A stretch of DNA of 64,000 nucleotides from an uncultured Planctomycetaceae bacterium (GCA_963833985.1 CAWIAD010000002.1:160001-224000), one strand, 5' to 3'. Counted from the first letter of the stretch, positions 19,301 through 31,394 are shown. Notes: generated from the letters alone by a model not told the origin. Made by a program: numbers and translations.

Positions 19301-22211
19301 CCCCGAAGAGCTGGATCGCGCTCGGCGGCGAGCTGGGAACCTTCACGTTCACGCTGGTCACCTGCTCGGTCTGCCCGTTGGCGATCTGGACCGAAATGTT
19401 CGTCGCCGTCCCATTCGAGCCGATGGCATTGATGACCGACTGGACCCAGGTCGGGAAGGACCCCGCGCCAGAGCCGTTGAGCACCGACGCGACCTGCTGC
19501 CGCATCTGGTTGGCGATGTAGAAGAAGTAGTAGACCTCTTGCTGCGGCGAGTCGGGCTGGTAGTGGAAGGGCTGGGCGGGCGGCGTCAAGGGAAGGGCGG
19601 GCAAGGCGCCGTAAGCAGACTGGTACGCCCCGTCGAGGGCGCTCTGGAGCTGGGACACGATGGTGTTGTTCGAGAACGACAGGCCAATGATGTTGGCAAA
19701 GCCGGAACTGCCCAGGCTGTTGTTGTTGACCAGCGTCTGGTAGGCGGTGGCCAGCCCGGCGGCCCATGTCGCAGGATTGGTCCCGCTCGGGACGGGGAAG
19801 TACCGCGTGTCGGTCCAGAGCGGCCAGTAGCTCGCCGGGGCGTCGTTCGTCGGCAAGGAACCGGCATTGGGGTTGACGCCCGGCAGGCTCGGGTCCGCGT
19901 AGGCATAGCTGTAGATAACGTTCTGCGTGTCCTCAGTGTTCAGCGAGCCGCCGCTTTGATAGCTGTTCAACATACCCATCAGGCTGTTCAGCGGCCCGGG
20001 GATGTCCGAGAGCGTGACCATCGCGGTCTGCGACCCGTCCGGGGTCCAGGTCAAGGTCACATCCAACGTGCCGGTGCGCTTGGCCTGGAGGTACGTCGTG
20101 CCCCCGCCTGTGATCGAGCTGGAAACCACAACCCCCAGGTCTGACTCGGCCTGGATGGTGAGATTGCCGAGCGACTGGTCGGGGACGCTGATCTCGAGCT
20201 GGTCCCCGGCCGCCAGGCCGACCTTGTAAGTGACGGGGCTGTTGCCGACGCTGACCGCCGGGGCTGCCAGCGGCGTCATGAGCTGGATGCCCCAGGAGCG
20301 GGCCCCGGGCAGCCTCGGCGACGTCGAGAATGGGTCGGTCGAGATCGTCGTCGGAACCTGGACCAGCAGGGTGCCGGCCGTCGGCCCGATCGCGGTGCCC
20401 GTGCCGCCCGGTGCCTGGTTGTACCAGGTCGAGTTCGTGGATGTCTGATCGAAGTTGAAGTCGTCCAGCAGGCCGGCGGCCAGGTCGCTGTCCGCCAGGA
20501 CCGGGGTCGTCATCGCCTCCTGGACCTGTGCCTGAGAGAGCGCCGTGGTCCAGGCCGCGACCTCGTCGATCGTGCCGATGAATCCCTGCGGGTAGTTGAT
20601 CTGGGGGGTAGGCGTCGTGTTCGGCTCTGGAAAGGTCGTCCCGCCGACCGAAAAGCCGAGCGGTGGACCCAGAGTGTCGCTGGTCGCGAGCGTCGGCGTG
20701 AACGAATAGAACGAGCTACTGGACCCCTGGATCTGCCCTTGCAGCAGGCCGTCGAGGTAGAGCGTCTCGGTCTGGCCCTCAACCACGAAGGCCACATGGT
20801 GCCAGGTGTTATCCAGCACCGGCGACTGGCTGACCAGCGGCCGCGCGGCCCCGACCTGGTACGCGACGGTCGCCGGGTCGCCGCCGACCGCGTCGCCCGA
20901 CGGAGTCCAGTTGAAGACGGTCTGGTACGGGTTGGGCGTCACCTTCGTCCCGTCGAACAGGCCCGCCACGAGCTTGTCCTGGCTGTTGATGTAGACCAGC
21001 GGGGCCTGCGTGTTGTAGCCGTCGAGGGCGAGGGTCTCCGAGAGCAGGGCGCCCGGTCCCTTCGCCTGGAACCAGAGCTGAAAGGTTATGCCGGTGCCGA
21101 CGTTCGAGGGCCACGACGTGTCGAGCGCGCTGGGGAGCTGGAGCGTGGGCTGAACTGCCGCGCCGCCCATGATGGTCGCGTAGGGGACCTCCGGGAAGAC
21201 GATGCCATTGCCCCAGGGCGAGCTCATCGGCACGCCGAACGACGCGGCGGTCGCCGTGCTGACTTCGTCGTACGCGGGGGGGTCGGTGATCGAGTCGGGC
21301 ACCAGGCCCTGCTGGCTCACACCGAAATACGAGGGCAGCGTTGGACCGATGGTCAGTGGGTTGCTCAGCGAGGGCGGCGCTGGAAGTTGCGCCAGGCGTA
21401 GGACGTCCTGGCGTGATTGAGGCGTGGCCAGGAACCGCGCCAGGACCAGCCGGAAGCCGTCGGGCTGGCGGAGCTGCCGCGTGGCGGCCTGGATCAGCGT
21501 GGCGGGAAACTGGCCATCCTGAAGCGCCTGCGCGGCGAGGTGTCCGGTCCAGACTCGATCGAAGCGTGGCGACCCGAAGAGCCGCCCGACCAGCCGCAGT
21601 CGCTGCGGGACGCTCTGCACCGGCAATTTCGCCAGCGCCGGCGGCAGGACCTGACTTCCGAGGAACTCACGCGCGAGCGCGGCCTGATAGCTCGCCTCGA
21701 TCCCGCCAGACCGGTCATAATACTCCGTGCTCGCGGCGATCCGTGCCAGGAGCTGGGCCGGGCGGCCCGCCGGCAACCGCGACGATCCCGTGCCGCTCAG
21801 CGCGGAGGACGTCACGCCCTGGCCGAGCAGCATCTGGATATACTGCTGGGTGGTCGCCAGCCGCGCGGGGGGAGTGCCCAGCAACTGGAGCATGGCCGCG
21901 GTGGGCAGCAGACCGCGGGAAAGCCGCCCGGCCGTCTGCGCGACGAATCCGGGGGGGAGCGTCGTGTTCAAGACAATTGCGGCGACGTCGTTGAGCCAGG
22001 TGACGTCGGCTTTCGCCACGGCCGCCCGGGTAAGCGTCGCGGCCAGCCCCGAAGTGGCCGGCGCGAGACGCTGCTCCAGGACCTCCAGCAAGGCGCGGAA
22101 GGCCCGGCGCCGGATCGGACCGGGCCGCGAATCGCCTTTGCCGGATGGGCTTTTCTTCCACGCGAACAGCGGGTGCAGCGTCATCGGGAGAGATCTCCGT
22201 GCGGCCGCCAT
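16348..22211 (-). CDS. Very large secreted multidomain protein (LEXR signal, LamG domain, FG-GAP repeats, C-terminal beta-sandwich); frameshift near 16690
   Basis: N-terminal LEVLEQRLAPA, LamG WHHVAFV..LYLDG..GTIDEV, and FG-GAP GDFNGDGNLDIAV repeats. After a C-run the reading continues in another frame (GQVIDLPPGQFNTL..MSDW..IMAMTLS*). Confidence 0.8.
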
Positions 22212-22563
22212 GGAGGCTCAGGTCGTCGATCGCTGCGAGACTCGGCCCTGGGCTGCCGCGTCCAGAGCGAAGCATTGAGAACCCTAACAATATAAATTCA
22301 CCTGTGCGAGTGAATTCCTGCTGACATTACCTAGATTTCCCAGATACACAGAGAATCCCACCACTCTGGGCCCGTTTCCGCTCGCCGGACGTGCATGACG
22401 CCGCGCTCGACCGGGCGGCGGGGGGGCATCCCTTCAGGCTCGACGACGGTGAGCCGGCCAGAACCTGGCTCATGGCCGGTTCGGCCAGTAGAATCGACCC
22501 TCAATCCATGGCCGCCGTGCAAGGCGCCGCGAAGGTCTCAACTCGTTCCGTGGGGATTTGAAA

Positions 22564-24209
22564 ATGGCGCTCATGAAACCCTGCTTGATGTGGCTGGCAG
22601 CAAGCGTGCTCACGACCGTACTGACCGCGAGTGCGTGCGCTCAGGATCGAGTCTCCACGGCTCTGGGCATTGTGGAAGGAACCACCGGGCCAGACGGAGT
22701 TCGTGCCTTCAAGGGAATTCCATTCGCCGCCCCTCCCGTGGGCGACCTGCGGTGGCAGCCGCCTCAGCCGGTCAAACCCTGGGTGGGCGTGCGCCGGGCC
22801 GACCACTTCGGCCCTCGCGCCATGCAGAGGCCGATCTTCGGTGATATGAACTTCCGGTCTGACGGCGTGAGCGAGGACTGCCTGTACTTGAACGTCTGGA
22901 CGCCCGCTGGGTCCGCTACGAACCGTTTGCCCGTGCTGGGCTATTTCTTCGGCGGCGGTTTCATGGCCGGCGACGGATCAGAGCCGCGTTACGACGGCGC
23001 CAGCATGGCAAGCAAGGGCATCGTGGCCGTGACCGTGAACTACCGCCTGAACGTGTTCGGGTTCATGGCCCATCCCGACCTGACCAGGGAATCGCCGCAC
23101 CACGCCTCGGGCAATTACGGCCTGCTCGACCAGAGTGCAGCGCTGCGCTGGGTCCGGGAGAACATCGCTGCGTTCGGCGGCGATCCCGCGAAGATCACGA
23201 TCGCCGGCGAATCGGCCGGGTCGATCTCGGTCTGTGCCCAGATGGCGTCACCCTTGTCGAAGGACCTGATCGCCGGAGCCATTGGCGAGAGCGGCTCGCC
23301 GATGGGCACGCTCACGCCCGTGGCGCTTGCCGAAGCAGAGCAGATGGGCGTCCGGTTCGCGAACAAGCTGGAAGCGAAGTCACTGGCCGACCTTCGCAAG
23401 CTGCCCGCCAAGCAGGTGCTGGACGCCACCGCCGAGCCAGGTTTCGGGCGTTTTCCCCTGAATGTTGACGGCTACTTTCTGCCACGCGATCCCGTCGAGA
23501 TCTTTGCGGCCGGCGAGCAGGCGCATGTCCCCCTGCTGGCCGGCTGGAATTCCGAGGAGATGACTGGCCGGTCCGTCCTGGGACAGGCGCAGCCGACCGT
23601 GGACAGCTTCCGCAAAGCCGTGGAGCGGCTCTACCACGACCGGGCAGGTCAAATCCTCGAGGTTTACAAGCCGGCCACCGATGCCGACGTGGAGCAGGTG
23701 GCGACCGACCTGGCCGGCGACCGGTTCATTGGCTTCAGCACGTGGAAATGGACCGATCTTCAGGCACGGACCAGCGGTAAGCCGGTGTATCGCTACTATT
23801 ACGCGCACCCGCGCCCGGCGATGCGTCCCGAGATGGGCAACGCGGTCGCCGGCCTGGCCGGCGGCGTGATCAAGGGGACCGAGGCGAAGGCCCAGACCAG
23901 GCGACCACCGGCGCCCGGGGCGCCGTGCATTCCGCCGAGATCGAATACGCGCTGGGCAACCTGGATACGAACCAGGTCTATTCGTGGACGGAAGAGGACC
24001 ACAAGGTTTCGGCCCTCATGCAAGCCTACTTCGCCCAGTTTGTGAAGACGGGCGATCCGAACGCCCCGGGATTACCGCAATGGTCGCCGGCCCGCCAGGA
24101 CGACGCCAGCCGGGTCTTGCGCATCGACGTCGAACCTCGCCTGGAAGCCGACGCGCACCGCCCGCGTTACCTGCTCCTCGACAGCCTCTCGCGGCCGAAG
24201 CCAGACTGA
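22564..24209 (+). CDS. Carboxylesterase type B; frameshift near 23915
   Basis: Motifs FKGIPFAAPPVGDLRW, SEDCLYLNVW, GESAG. The catalytic His (AVHSAEIEY) lies in the second frame. Confidence 0.9.
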
Positions 24210-24291
24210 CCACGAACCGTCGCCCGCCATGAGCTCGCCAGCCCCGCCGAATCCCGTTCCGCCCGGACAGCTCCAACCAAGACGCGTTCAG

Positions 24292-24365
24292 GGTGGCTGA
24301 CGGGATTCGAACCCGCGATATCCAGATCCACAATCTGGTGCCTTAACCGCTAGGCCACAGCCACC
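24292..24365 (-). tRNA. tRNA-His (GTG)
   Basis: GGTGGCTG..CCAGA-TT-GTG-GA-TCTGG..GGTTCGAATCC..CAGCCACC. G-1 and C73 are present; CCA is not encoded. Confidence 0.96.
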
Positions 24366-24718
24366 ATCACTCTCGTACAGTTGACACGATAAACGGGCTT
24401 CCGGGTTCACGTCAAGGCGGAGGCTCTTGCGGGCAGGCGCATGACGTCATGCCCTGAAAAAGCGGCCTGCGAGGCCCTGGGGCACCCGGCCTCGGGCGGC
24501 TGATGCCAGCGCTCGCTTGTGGGTGCAAACTCTTTTCCTGAAAATGAAAAAGACTCTTGACACACTCTCATAGACTCTTGACGTGAGGGAGCCGGGTTGA
24601 TGGGATAAGGCACGGTCCGGGGACGCTGCCGAGCCCGGAACGGAGCCGGCAGGACGGACCACCATCGCCTTGATTTCGAACGGGCTCGGTGCGGGTCGGA
24701 CCGATTACGGGAGGTTCA

Positions 24719-25717
24719 GTGCTCAGGATCGGAATCGCCGGTTGCGGCCGGGCGGCGCGCATTCATCTGGATCGGCTTGGCCGCTTGCCCGAAGTGGCCA
24801 TCGTCGGCTGCGCCGACACCGATCGCGGCTGCGCGGAGGCACTCGCGCAAACCATCCATCGGCCTGACGGGGCGGCAGCCCCACCCGCGGCCGTCTGTAC
24901 CGACCATCAGGAGTTGCTCCGGCTCGGGCTCGACGCCCTCTGCATCTTCACTCCGCACCGCTGGCACTACCGCCTGGCGATGGATGCACTCCAGGCCGGC
25001 TGCCATGTCTTTATCGAGAAGCCGCTCTCGACGAATCTCCAGGAAGCGGCGGACATTGTGGCGCTGGCCCGGGGCCGGGCTCTGAAGGTCGCCGTGGGCC
25101 ACCAGTACCGCCTCTGCCCCAGCCTGGCCGAAGCGCGCAGGCTGCTCCGCGAATCCACCATCGGAACCTGGCGAATGATCACCGCGACACTGGCACGGCC
25201 CTGGCCGGATGCCCACCCGGAAGCTTCGGCGGACTGGCGACGCGACCCCGGTCTCTCGGGCGGGGGCGTTCTGGCCGACGCCGGCGACCACCTGCTGGAC
25301 GCCCTGCTGTGGACGACAGGGCAGTCGGCTCAGGAGGCCTTCGCCATCCAGACCACGCTTGATTCCGGGATCGACTGGATCACGGCGGCCGCCATCCGGC
25401 TCAGCAACGGAACGCCTGCCACGGTCGCGGTTTCCGGCGCTGTGCACGGGCCGTTCTTCGAGCTCAATGTCTTCGGAGACAGTGGACGCATGCGTATCAC
25501 CGAGCAAACTGTGGAACTGGACGGGCCCGGAGAAAGCCAGCGCCAGCTCACCCTGCCCGCCGCCTCGGAATCGATCGACGCGAACTTCGTCGCGGCATTG
25601 ACCCAGGGAACTTCCCTGTGCTGTCCGGCGGAGCAGGCCCTGGAAACGGTCCGCTTGCTCGAGGCCCTCATGCGATCCGCCACAACCGGGCAACGGATCC
25701 GCCTGGGGTCCCGATGA
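24719..25717 (+). CDS. Gfo/Idh/MocA family oxidoreductase
   Basis: Motifs IGIAGCG, HVFIEKP, GGGVLADAGDHLLD. GTG start after GGAGG. Confidence 0.9.
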   Translation: MLRIGIAGCGRAARIHLDRLGRLPEVAIVGCADTDRGCAEALAQTIHRPDGAAAPPAAVCTDHQELLRLGLDALCIFTPHRWHYRLAMDALQAGCHVFIEKPLSTNLQEAADIVALARGRALKVAVGHQYRLCPSLAEARRLLRESTIGTWRMITATLARPWPDAHPEASADWRRDPGLSGGGVLADAGDHLLDALLWTTGQSAQEAFAIQTTLDSGIDWITAAAIRLSNGTPATVAVSGAVHGPFFELNVFGDSGRMRITEQTVELDGPGESQRQLTLPAASESIDANFVAALTQGTSLCCPAEQALETVRLLEALMRSATTGQRIRLGSR

Positions 25718-26099
25718 GTTTCCTTCGGCGCGGCGGTCCGCGGCCGGGCAGCCAACAATCCATCGCGAGCGGGCGAGCGGGCAATTCTCAAGATCCAGAC
25801 AGACTCCGGCAAGACTCTTTTCAAGGCAGCGACGCAAGGATGCCGACCAATCCAGAAAGCAAGCCCATGGGTCGGTGTCCGGTACCTTTCGGGCGCCCGT
25901 ACGGCGACACGGAATGACGTCGCAAACCCCCGGCGACATCCCGGAAATCACGATACTTGACAATGATGCGTCACGTTGACTAGGACTATGGCTCTGCCCT
26001 CGGACCGCCTTGAACTCAACGAGGCGAGGACTGGCCACCGAACTCACTTTTCAATACGGGAATTCACACCGCAAATTCCTTGGCCTGAGGACCGCTTCC

Positions 26100-26456
26100 A
26101 TGCTCGACCGTGCCCTGTTCGCTGTGTCTCCTGGCGATCCCGTTCACCCCGGCCCATTGTGGGCCGACTGGCCGACGTCGCTCTCCACCCTCGATGCACG
26201 CCACCCCGGTGATGAGGAGTTCGAGGAGGAAGAAGTCGAAGGCGAGGAAGAAGAGGAGTTCGACGACTTCGACGACGAGGAAGAGAACATCGACGATGAC
26301 TTCGATGAGGAGGATGATGACGAGATTGACGAAGATATCGATGAGGAGATTGAGGACATCGACGATATCGACGAAGAGGAAGAGGACGAGTTCGACGATG
26401 ATGAGGACGACGAGTTCGATGAGCTCGAGGAAGAAGAGGATGAGGAGATTGGCTGA
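26100..26456 (+). CDS. Small highly acidic (Asp/Glu-rich) protein
   Basis: The C-terminal ~80 codons are almost only D/E with interspersed F/I. Co-oriented with the downstream genes; start uncertain. Confidence 0.6.
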   Translation: MLDRALFAVSPGDPVHPGPLWADWPTSLSTLDARHPGDEEFEEEEVEGEEEEEFDDFDDEEENIDDDFDEEDDDEIDEDIDEEIEDIDDIDEEEEDEFDDDEDDEFDELEEEEDEEIG

Positions 26457-26823
26457 ACTGAATGGCAGCACGGAAGCAAGCTTGCCGGTGACGCGACGCA
26501 ATTGGTAGCGGGCAGTCATGGCTGATGTGGGCCTGCTGCGGACTGTGCCGCTTTGTGATGGACAGCGCGGTCGTTCAGGGCGGTTCGACCCGGACCCTGC
26601 ATTTTCACCTCGCCCGTCAGGGGCCGACTGGTTCCCGCGGGCGTTTTCTATTAGACTGGCAGACTGCAATCAGGAACACCGGCTCTCACGGGCGGCAAGT
26701 CTTCGAGCCGTCCGCCAGGTAAGTCCTCGAGGATTGACGAGTAAGGCCCAGGCATCGCCATCAGACGGTGATGACCGTTCCATGGGAATGACCGGTTTGG
26801 CGATCGACAGGGAGCACGCTTCG

Positions 26824-27264
26824 ATGGGTTCGTCATACGATCGGACAGGGGATTCTGCATCGGAACGTCCGTCTTCAGAGATCACCAGGCGGCGCTCACG
26901 CCAGCAAGCCCAGCGCGACTTCGAGATCGACTTCCTGGAGCGCGTGCTGGAGCGAGACCCCTGCTTCGTGGACGCCCTGAGAGTGCAAGGGAACAACCTG
27001 GCCTCCCGCGGGGAATATGCCCGCACCCTGTTGCTCGACCGCCGGCTGGTGCATCTGGTACCCGGCGACGCCATCGCCTGGTATAACCTGTCCTGCACAT
27101 ATGCCGTTCTCGGCATGACCGATCCGGCCTTCTCCGCCTTGCAGCGCGTGCTGGAGCTGGGCTACCGCTTCGTTGCGCGATTGCGACAGGATCCCGATCT
27201 CAAGACCCTCCGGCGCGACCCGCGCTTTCTCCGCCTGCTGCGGCGGTTCGAATTCATTGTTTGA
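26824..27264 (+). CDS. TPR-containing protein
   Basis: [45 protein letters not shown]. Confidence 0.8.
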   Translation: MGSSYDRTGDSASERPSSEITRRRSRQQAQRDFEIDFLERVLERDPCFVDALRVQGNNLASRGEYARTLLLDRRLVHLVPGDAIAWYNLSCTYAVLGMTDPAFSALQRVLELGYRFVARLRQDPDLKTLRRDPRFLRLLRRFEFIV

Positions 27265-27398
27265 GCTCGCCCGGCCAGCGCGATGCTCCTTCCTCGCGGC
27301 GCTCGCCCGCAGCGCCGGCGGACGGAAAGACCCAGATGCTTCCGAGCCGCGTGGGCCGGGCTCATCGAGCCGATGGGCGTGGAGAGACAGTAACGATC

Positions 27399-28229
27399 AT
27401 GACGCACCACGAATGGGAGCAAGTGCAAGAGGCGACGCGTGCGGTCCGGTCACACTGGTCGGGCACGCCGAGCGTGGGCATGGTGCTGGGGACGGGGCTG
27501 GGCGCCCTGGCCCGGGAAATCGACTCGGCAGCCTCCATCCCTTACCCCGAGATCCCCTACTTTCCGCGATCCACGGTGGAGAGCCACCGCGGGCAACTGG
27601 TTTGCGGCACTCTGGCGGGGCACTCGGTCGTTGCCATGGAGGGCCGGTTCCATCTTTATGAAGGCTACACTCCGTCGCAGGTCACCTTCCCGATCCGGGT
27701 GATGAAGGAGCTGGGCTGCCGCTTGCTGATCGTCTCGAACGCCGGCGGCGGACTCAATCCTCAGTTCGAGAAGGGCGATCTGATCGTCATCGAAGACCAC
27801 ATCAACCTGCTGGGCTGCAACCCGCTGGTCGGTCCCAACGACGACCGTCTGGGACCGCGGTTTCCGGACATGATCGAGCCTTACGACCGCAGATTGCAGG
27901 ACCTTGCCCTGAAAGTGGCGCTCGAGCAGAACATTGTGGCCCATCGCGGTGTCTACGTGGCGGTCACCGGGCCCAATCTCGAGACCCGTGCCGAGTACCG
28001 GTTTCTCAGGGCCATCGGGGCCGACGTCGTGGGCATGTCCACGATCCCCGAGGTCCTGGTTGCCGTCCATGCGGGGTTGAAGGTGCTGGGCTTCTCGATC
28101 GCCACCGACATGTGCCTTCCCGATGCCCTCGAGCCGGTACGCATCGAGGATATCCTCGCCGTGGCCAGCCAGGCCGAGGCCAAGCTGCGGACGATTGTCC
28201 GGGGCGTGCTCGAGCGGTGGTCCGCCTGA
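27399..28229 (+). CDS. punA: Purine-nucleoside phosphorylase
   Basis: Motifs [29 protein letters not shown]. Confidence 0.93.
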   Translation: MTHHEWEQVQEATRAVRSHWSGTPSVGMVLGTGLGALAREIDSAASIPYPEIPYFPRSTVESHRGQLVCGTLAGHSVVAMEGRFHLYEGYTPSQVTFPIRVMKELGCRLLIVSNAGGGLNPQFEKGDLIVIEDHINLLGCNPLVGPNDDRLGPRFPDMIEPYDRRLQDLALKVALEQNIVAHRGVYVAVTGPNLETRAEYRFLRAIGADVVGMSTIPEVLVAVHAGLKVLGFSIATDMCLPDALEPVRIEDILAVASQAEAKLRTIVRGVLERWSA

Positions 28230-28282
28230 GCCCGCAGCCCGCGAGCGCCAAAATGTGATCCGCCTTTTGACGACCCGATCCC

Positions 28283-31135
28283 ATGTCAACCAACGCCAAA
28301 CCCTACAAAGAGACGCTCAACCTCCCCGTCACCCGCTTCGACATGAAGGCGAACCTCACGGTGCGCGAGCCGCTGCTCCAGGCGCGGTGGCGCGAGCTGG
28401 ATCTCTACGGCAAGGTACGCCAGGCGCGCGCCACTGGCAAGCGGAGGGTCCTGCACGACGGACCACCCTATGCCAACGGCGAGATCCACATGGGGACCGC
28501 CCTGAACAAGATGCTCAAGGACTTCGTGGTCCGCTCGCTCACCATGTGCGGCTTCGACAGCCCTTACGTACCGGGCTGGGACTGCCATGGCCTGCCCATC
28601 GAGCACAAGGTGGTCAAGGAGCTGGGCGGCAAGGCAGCGGGGATGAGCCACGCGCAGATCCGGTCGCTCTGCCAGGCCGAGGCCACGAAATGGGTCGACG
28701 TGCAAAGGCAGCAGTTTCGCCGCCTGGGCGTGCTGGGCGACTGGGAAAACCCCTACCTCACGCTCGACCCGCGGTACGAAGCCGGCATCCTCGACGTGCT
28801 GGCCGACCTGCTCGAAGGCGGCTACATCTTCCGCCAGCTCAAGCCGATTCACTGGTGCATGACCGACCGCACCGCGCTGGCCGAGGCGGAGCTGGAGTAC
28901 CAGGAAGAATCGACGCCCAGCATCTACGTCCATTTTCCCATGCTCGCGGGCGTGCCGGAGTCCTGGAAAGAGTCGGACGGGTCCGCCGACGCCGACTGGC
29001 ACCTCATGATCTGGACGACGACGCCCTGGACGCTGCCGGCGAACGTGGCCGTTGCCGTGCATCCCGATATCGTCTACGCGGGCGTTCGCTACGCCGACCC
29101 GGCCTCCGGCCGTACCATCCGCACCATCGTGGCTGCGGACCTGGTGCCGAAAGTGATGGCGCTGACCCGTGTGTCCAAGCCCACCGTGGTGGGCCGATGC
29201 AAGGGTCGGGAGCTAGAGCACGCCGAGTACCGCCATCCGTTTGTCGACCGCGTCGCTCCCATCGTTCTGGCCGCGTACGTGAGCGTGGAGGACGGCACGG
29301 GACTCGTGCACACCGCTCCCGGCCATGGCGCCGAGGACTATCAGACCGGCCGCGCCTACCAGCTCTCGGTGCTCAGCCCGGTGGACGAATCGGGCCGCTT
29401 CACGACCGAAGCCCCGGAGTGGTTGACCGGTCAGCACGTCTTCGCGGCGAACCCCAGGATCGTCGATCATCTCAGGCAGTCCGGGAACCTGTACCACGAA
29501 ATGCCCCTGGTCCACAGCTATCCGCATTGCTGGCGATGCAAGAAGCCGGTGATCTTCCGGGCCACCGAGCAGTGGTTCATCGCCGTCGATCACAACGACC
29601 TCCGCCAGCGCACGCTCAAGTGCATCGACGAGGTGCGCTGGATCCCCTCCTGGGGCCAGTCGCGCATCGAGGCCATGGTGTCGCTTCGGCCGGACTGGTG
29701 CATCAGCCGCCAGCGCTCCTGGGGCGTGCCCATCCCCGCGCTCGGCTGCACAACTTGCCACACCCAGTTGCTGACGGCCCAGACGGTGCGGCATTTTCGG
29801 GACCTGTTCCGCAAGGAAGGCGCCGACGCCTGGTTCACCAGGCCGGTGGAGGAACTCATGCCGCCTCACGCGGCCTGCCCGAACTGCGGGGGCACGACGT
29901 TCCGCAAGGAAGGCGACATCCTGGATGTCTGGTTCGAATCTGGCTCGAGCCACCGCGCCGTGCTGTCGCAGAACTTCGGCCTCGGTTACCCCGCGCTCAT
30001 GTACCTGGAAGGCTCCGATCAGCATCGCGGCTGGTTCCAGTCGTCGATCCTCACGGCCGTTGGCAGCACGGGCACTGCGCCTTTCGAGAACGTCCTCACC
30101 CACGGCTTCGTGGTCGACGACAAGGGCGAGAAGATGTCCAAGTCGATCGGCAACGTCGTGCTGGCGATGAAGGCCACCGAGCAATATGGCGCCGATGTGC
30201 TGCGGCTCATGGTCGCCAGCATGGACTATGCCGATGACATCCGCATCAGTGAGCGCGGCATCAAGGAGTCGTCGGAGTCCTATCGCAAGATACGCAATAC
30301 GTTTCGATACCTGCTGGGTAATCTGGAAGACTACGCGCGGTTCAACCCCGTCCGCTTTGATCCGGCGGAACTGCACGAGATCGACCTCTGGGCGCTCGGA
30401 CAGCTCAACAAGGTGATCCGCGACGCCGTCGCCGCTTACGAGCGTTTCGAGTTCTATCGGGTGCACCAGCGGGTCTACCAGTTCATGTCCGTGGAGTCTT
30501 CGAGCCTCTATCTCGACGTGCTCAAGGACCGGCTCTATGCCGAGGCGGCCGACAGCCCGCCACGCCGCGCGGCGCAGTTCGTGCTGGCTCGGCTGCACGA
30601 CGCCCTGACGCGACTGCTGGCCCCGATTCTGCCACACACCGCGGAAGAACTCTGGGATTACATGCCGGACACAGCGGAAAAGCCTGCAAGCGTCCATCTG
30701 GCCGAGTTCCCGCCCACCGATCCGCGCTGGGACGACCCGGCGCGCGATGCCCGCTGGGAGACCTTGCTCGAGGTCCGCGAAACGGTCCTCAGGGCCCTGG
30801 AGGGCCTGCGCAAGGACAAGACGATCGGCAGCGCCCAGGAGGCAGTCGTCACGGTTTCGGCCACTGCCGCGGATCTGCCCTTTCTCGAGGCCCATCGCGC
30901 GCTGCTGACCACCCTTTGCATCGTCTCCGAGATCCGGATCGGCTCGCCCCTACCACAGGCGGAAGGCCAGCCTCGGTTCGTCGCCAGCGGCGCACGATCG
31001 CCCCACGCCAAGTGCGAGCGCTGCTGGAACTATCGGCCCACCGTGGGCCAGAGCGTGGAGTTCCCGACTCTCTGCGATCGATGCGTGAACGTCATGGCGA
31101 GCCATTCCGCGCAGCTCCCTGATCGAAGCCTGTGA
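28283..31135 (+). CDS. ileS: Isoleucine-tRNA ligase (type 1)
   Basis: Motifs HDGPPYANG.IHMGT, PGWDCHGLP, WCISRQRSWG, EGSDQHRGWF, KMSKS, and a C-terminal CERC..CDRC zinc finger. Confidence 0.97.
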   Translation: MSTNAKPYKETLNLPVTRFDMKANLTVREPLLQARWRELDLYGKVRQARATGKRRVLHDGPPYANGEIHMGTALNKMLKDFVVRSLTMCGFDSPYVPGWDCHGLPIEHKVVKELGGKAAGMSHAQIRSLCQAEATKWVDVQRQQFRRLGVLGDWENPYLTLDPRYEAGILDVLADLLEGGYIFRQLKPIHWCMTDRTALAEAELEYQEESTPSIYVHFPMLAGVPESWKESDGSADADWHLMIWTTTPWTLPANVAVAVHPDIVYAGVRYADPASGRTIRTIVAADLVPKVMALTRVSKPTVVGRCKGRELEHAEYRHPFVDRVAPIVLAAYVSVEDGTGLVHTAPGHGAEDYQTGRAYQLSVLSPVDESGRFTTEAPEWLTGQHVFAANPRIVDHLRQSGNLYHEMPLVHSYPHCWRCKKPVIFRATEQWFIAVDHNDLRQRTLKCIDEVRWIPSWGQSRIEAMVSLRPDWCISRQRSWGVPIPALGCTTCHTQLLTAQTVRHFRDLFRKEGADAWFTRPVEELMPPHAACPNCGGTTFRKEGDILDVWFESGSSHRAVLSQNFGLGYPALMYLEGSDQHRGWFQSSILTAVGSTGTAPFENVLTHGFVVDDKGEKMSKSIGNVVLAMKATEQYGADVLRLMVASMDYADDIRISERGIKESSESYRKIRNTFRYLLGNLEDYARFNPVRFDPAELHEIDLWALGQLNKVIRDAVAAYERFEFYRVHQRVYQFMSVESSSLYLDVLKDRLYAEAADSPPRRAAQFVLARLHDALTRLLAPILPHTAEELWDYMPDTAEKPASVHLAEFPPTDPRWDDPARDARWETLLEVRETVLRALEGLRKDKTIGSAQEAVVTVSATAADLPFLEAHRALLTTLCIVSEIRIGSPLPQAEGQPRFVASGARSPHAKCERCWNYRPTVGQSVEFPTLCDRCVNVMASHSAQLPDRSL

Positions 31136-31394
31136 CGACTTGACTCGCTCCCAGGTCATCCCATGATCGGTTCAGCAACCGAGTCCCATGCGCGTTCCCG
31201 TGGCCGGAAGCGCGTCGAACTGGCCCGGGGATAGGCCACCCGGTAGGGTGGGTCGAGCGTCCCCGCGAGACCCATCGTCCCGTATTCAATCACGTGCCCT
31301 TCCGCTTCCCTTTTCCGCTTCTTCCGGTGCGCCCTGGGGATGGTGCTGAACCATCCATGTCGCACCTGTTCAGTTTTCGGGACGCACTACAGCA

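Noticed and set aside
24292..24365. tRNA-His as an integration site
   Set aside because: I found no duplicated tRNA 3' end and no integrase in the window.
26144..26479. Poly-serine ORF on the minus strand
   Set aside because: Antisense shadow of the Asp/Glu-rich gene.
29213..30895. Long antisense and alternate-frame ORFs (over ileS, the kinases and both transposases)
   Set aside because: Expected shadows in high-GC coding DNA, with no motifs and full overlap with well-supported genes.
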